From contig CAZMIU010000001.1 in assembly GCA_964566795.1 (NCBI GenBank), forward strand, positions 479,090 to 543,089: a DNA stretch of 64,000 nucleotides, in the 5' to 3' direction. The notes below the pieces were generated by a model. The model saw nothing but the letters and a program-made list of their open reading frames with translations, had not been told where the DNA came from and ran no database searches. The position numbers and the translations under genes are program-made. Positions 63,111-64,000 of this stretch are shown piece after piece (the first letter of the stretch is position 1; each line of letters begins with the position of its first letter). Source of the DNA: an uncultured Candidatus Saccharibacteria bacterium. Lineage in GTDB: Bacteria > Patescibacteriota > Minisyncoccia > Phycocordibacterales > SBAW01.

Positions 63111-63195
63111 GGAGGGGTGCGTGAGCGGTTGAAACGAGCGGTCTTGAAAACCGCCAGAGCTAACACTCTCGTGGGTTCGAATCCCACCCCCTCCG
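63111..63195 (+). tRNA. tRNA-Ser (anticodon TGA), long variable arm
   Basis: Acceptor ggagggg/cccctcc, anticodon stem gcggt/accgc, loop cttgaaa, extra arm, T-arm gtggg-ttcgaat-cccac. Confidence 0.7.
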
Positions 63196-63218
63196 CAGAT
63201 GGAAGTTGAATATCAAAT

Positions 63219-63677
63219 ATGAAACACCTCGGTATAGACTACGGCACCAAGCGCATCGGCTTGGCGCTCTCAGACGACACAGGCTCGCTCGCGTTCCCGC
63301 ATGCGGTTATACCAGCGGGGCAGGGGGCGCTCAGCGCCATAGACGAGATTGTTAAAAAGGAGGGCGTGGGCCGCATTGTTGTAGGCGAGTCGCGCGACTT
63401 AAGCGGCAAGGCCAATCCTGTTATGGAGGACATAGCGCAGTTTAAAAAAGATCTGGAGGACTTAAGCGGGCTGCCCGTGGAGTACGAGCGGGAGTTCTTC
63501 ACCTCAGCGCTCGCGGCGCGGCAGTTTAAAGACCATACGCAACCCCGACGCCGCGCAAATATGCGCGGGTCGGGATCCCGACCAGAGCGTCGGGGGAAAA
63601 ACCCCTCGCATGATACGCTTGATGCATCGGCTGCGGCACTTATATTGCAGGGCTACTTAGATAAACACAAACACTAA
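63219..63677 (+). CDS. ruvX: YqgF/RuvX Holliday-junction-resolvase-like pre-16S rRNA nuclease
   Basis: MKHLGIDYGTKRIGLALSDD RuvC-like fold N-terminus. Confidence 0.85.
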   Translation: MKHLGIDYGTKRIGLALSDDTGSLAFPHAVIPAGQGALSAIDEIVKKEGVGRIVVGESRDLSGKANPVMEDIAQFKKDLEDLSGLPVEYEREFFTSALAARQFKDHTQPRRRANMRGSGSRPERRGKNPSHDTLDASAAALILQGYLDKHKH

Positions 63678-63678
63678 T

Positions 63679-64000
63679 ATGGCAGAAATAAGCATTGATG
63701 ATTTTAAAAAGGTCGAGATAACCGTGGGCGAGATATTGAGCGCTGAGCGCATTGAGGGTAGCGACAAACTCCTTAAGCTCAAGGTCAACTTTGGCGAGGA
63801 GAATCCGCGGCAGGTGCTCTCGGGCATCGGTCCGTACTTTGAGGACGTGCAAGTCCTGGTAGGCAAGCGCTATCCGTTTGTCACCAACCTGGCCCCCAGA
63901 ATGATGATGGGCCTTGAGAGCCAGGCCATGATACTTGCAACCGGCGGCACACCCGAGGAGCCGTTTAACCTCTTTGAGACTAAAGCCGCAGCGGGAGCCA
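63679..64000 (+). CDS. tRNA-binding domain protein (CsaA / MetRS C-terminal-like), 3' end cut by window
   Basis: FKKVEITVGEILSAERIEGSDKLLKLKVNFGEE matches the tRNA_bind (EMAP/Trbp111) domain. Open to the window end. Confidence 0.7.
   Translation, partial: MAEISIDDFKKVEITVGEILSAERIEGSDKLLKLKVNFGEENPRQVLSGIGPYFEDVQVLVGKRYPFVTNLAPRMMMGLESQAMILATGGTPEEPFNLFETKAAAGA

Noticed and set aside
1-64000. CRISPR arrays, rRNA genes, IS elements with transposase
   Set aside because: No regularly spaced direct repeats, no rRNA-like conserved stretches and no transposase-like ORF were seen anywhere in the window.

Overview
The window reads as a compact bacterial chromosome segment of about 58-60% GC, with tight gene spacing and many strong intrinsic terminators. 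Gene content is Gram-positive/CPR-like (RNase Y, PrgI/VirB4-type proteins, minimal YebC); the Patescibacteria/Saccharibacteria-like placement is an inference only. Core genes recognised: tig(partial)-clpP, rny, hup, a tRNA cluster with cca, xth, xerC, rpsO-NYN-pnp, comM, alkA-like, uvrD/pcrA, rsmA, the replication-origin neighbourhood (rpmH-rnpA-yidC-jag on the - strand, then dnaA-dnaN with DnaA-box clusters), PBP1A, tyrS, ruvC-yebC-ruvB, a pilB/gspE-type ATPase, tsaE, polA, murE-like, ruvA, rpsT, yhhQ and ruvX. Ten tRNAs are called. The main accessory content is a roughly 14 kb, all-plus-strand cluster (about 26.2-40.2 kb) encoding a Gram-positive-style type IV secretion-like apparatus: PrgI/VirB3-like, a VirB4 ATPase split by one in-frame TAG, VirB6/TrbL-like, a pilin-like protein, and several large secreted or membrane proteins of unknown function. 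No relaxase or coupling protein is visible. Other points worth a second look: a 38-40 nt palindromic element present in-frame inside both tig and rsmA (reminiscent of Rickettsia palindromic elements); a low-GC island with two acidic small-protein cassettes, each bounded by a conserved SD/ATG context and a 3' hairpin+motif repeat; a promoter-to-terminator bounded ~120 nt sRNA candidate between the NYN gene and pnp; a structured ~160 nt RNA candidate between ruvB and pilB; a 490 bp AT-rich non-coding gap carrying a perfect DnaA box; a His/Tyr/Pro-rich secreted peptide; and a low-GC HNH endonuclease next to tRNA-Ser. No CRISPR array and no rRNA were seen.
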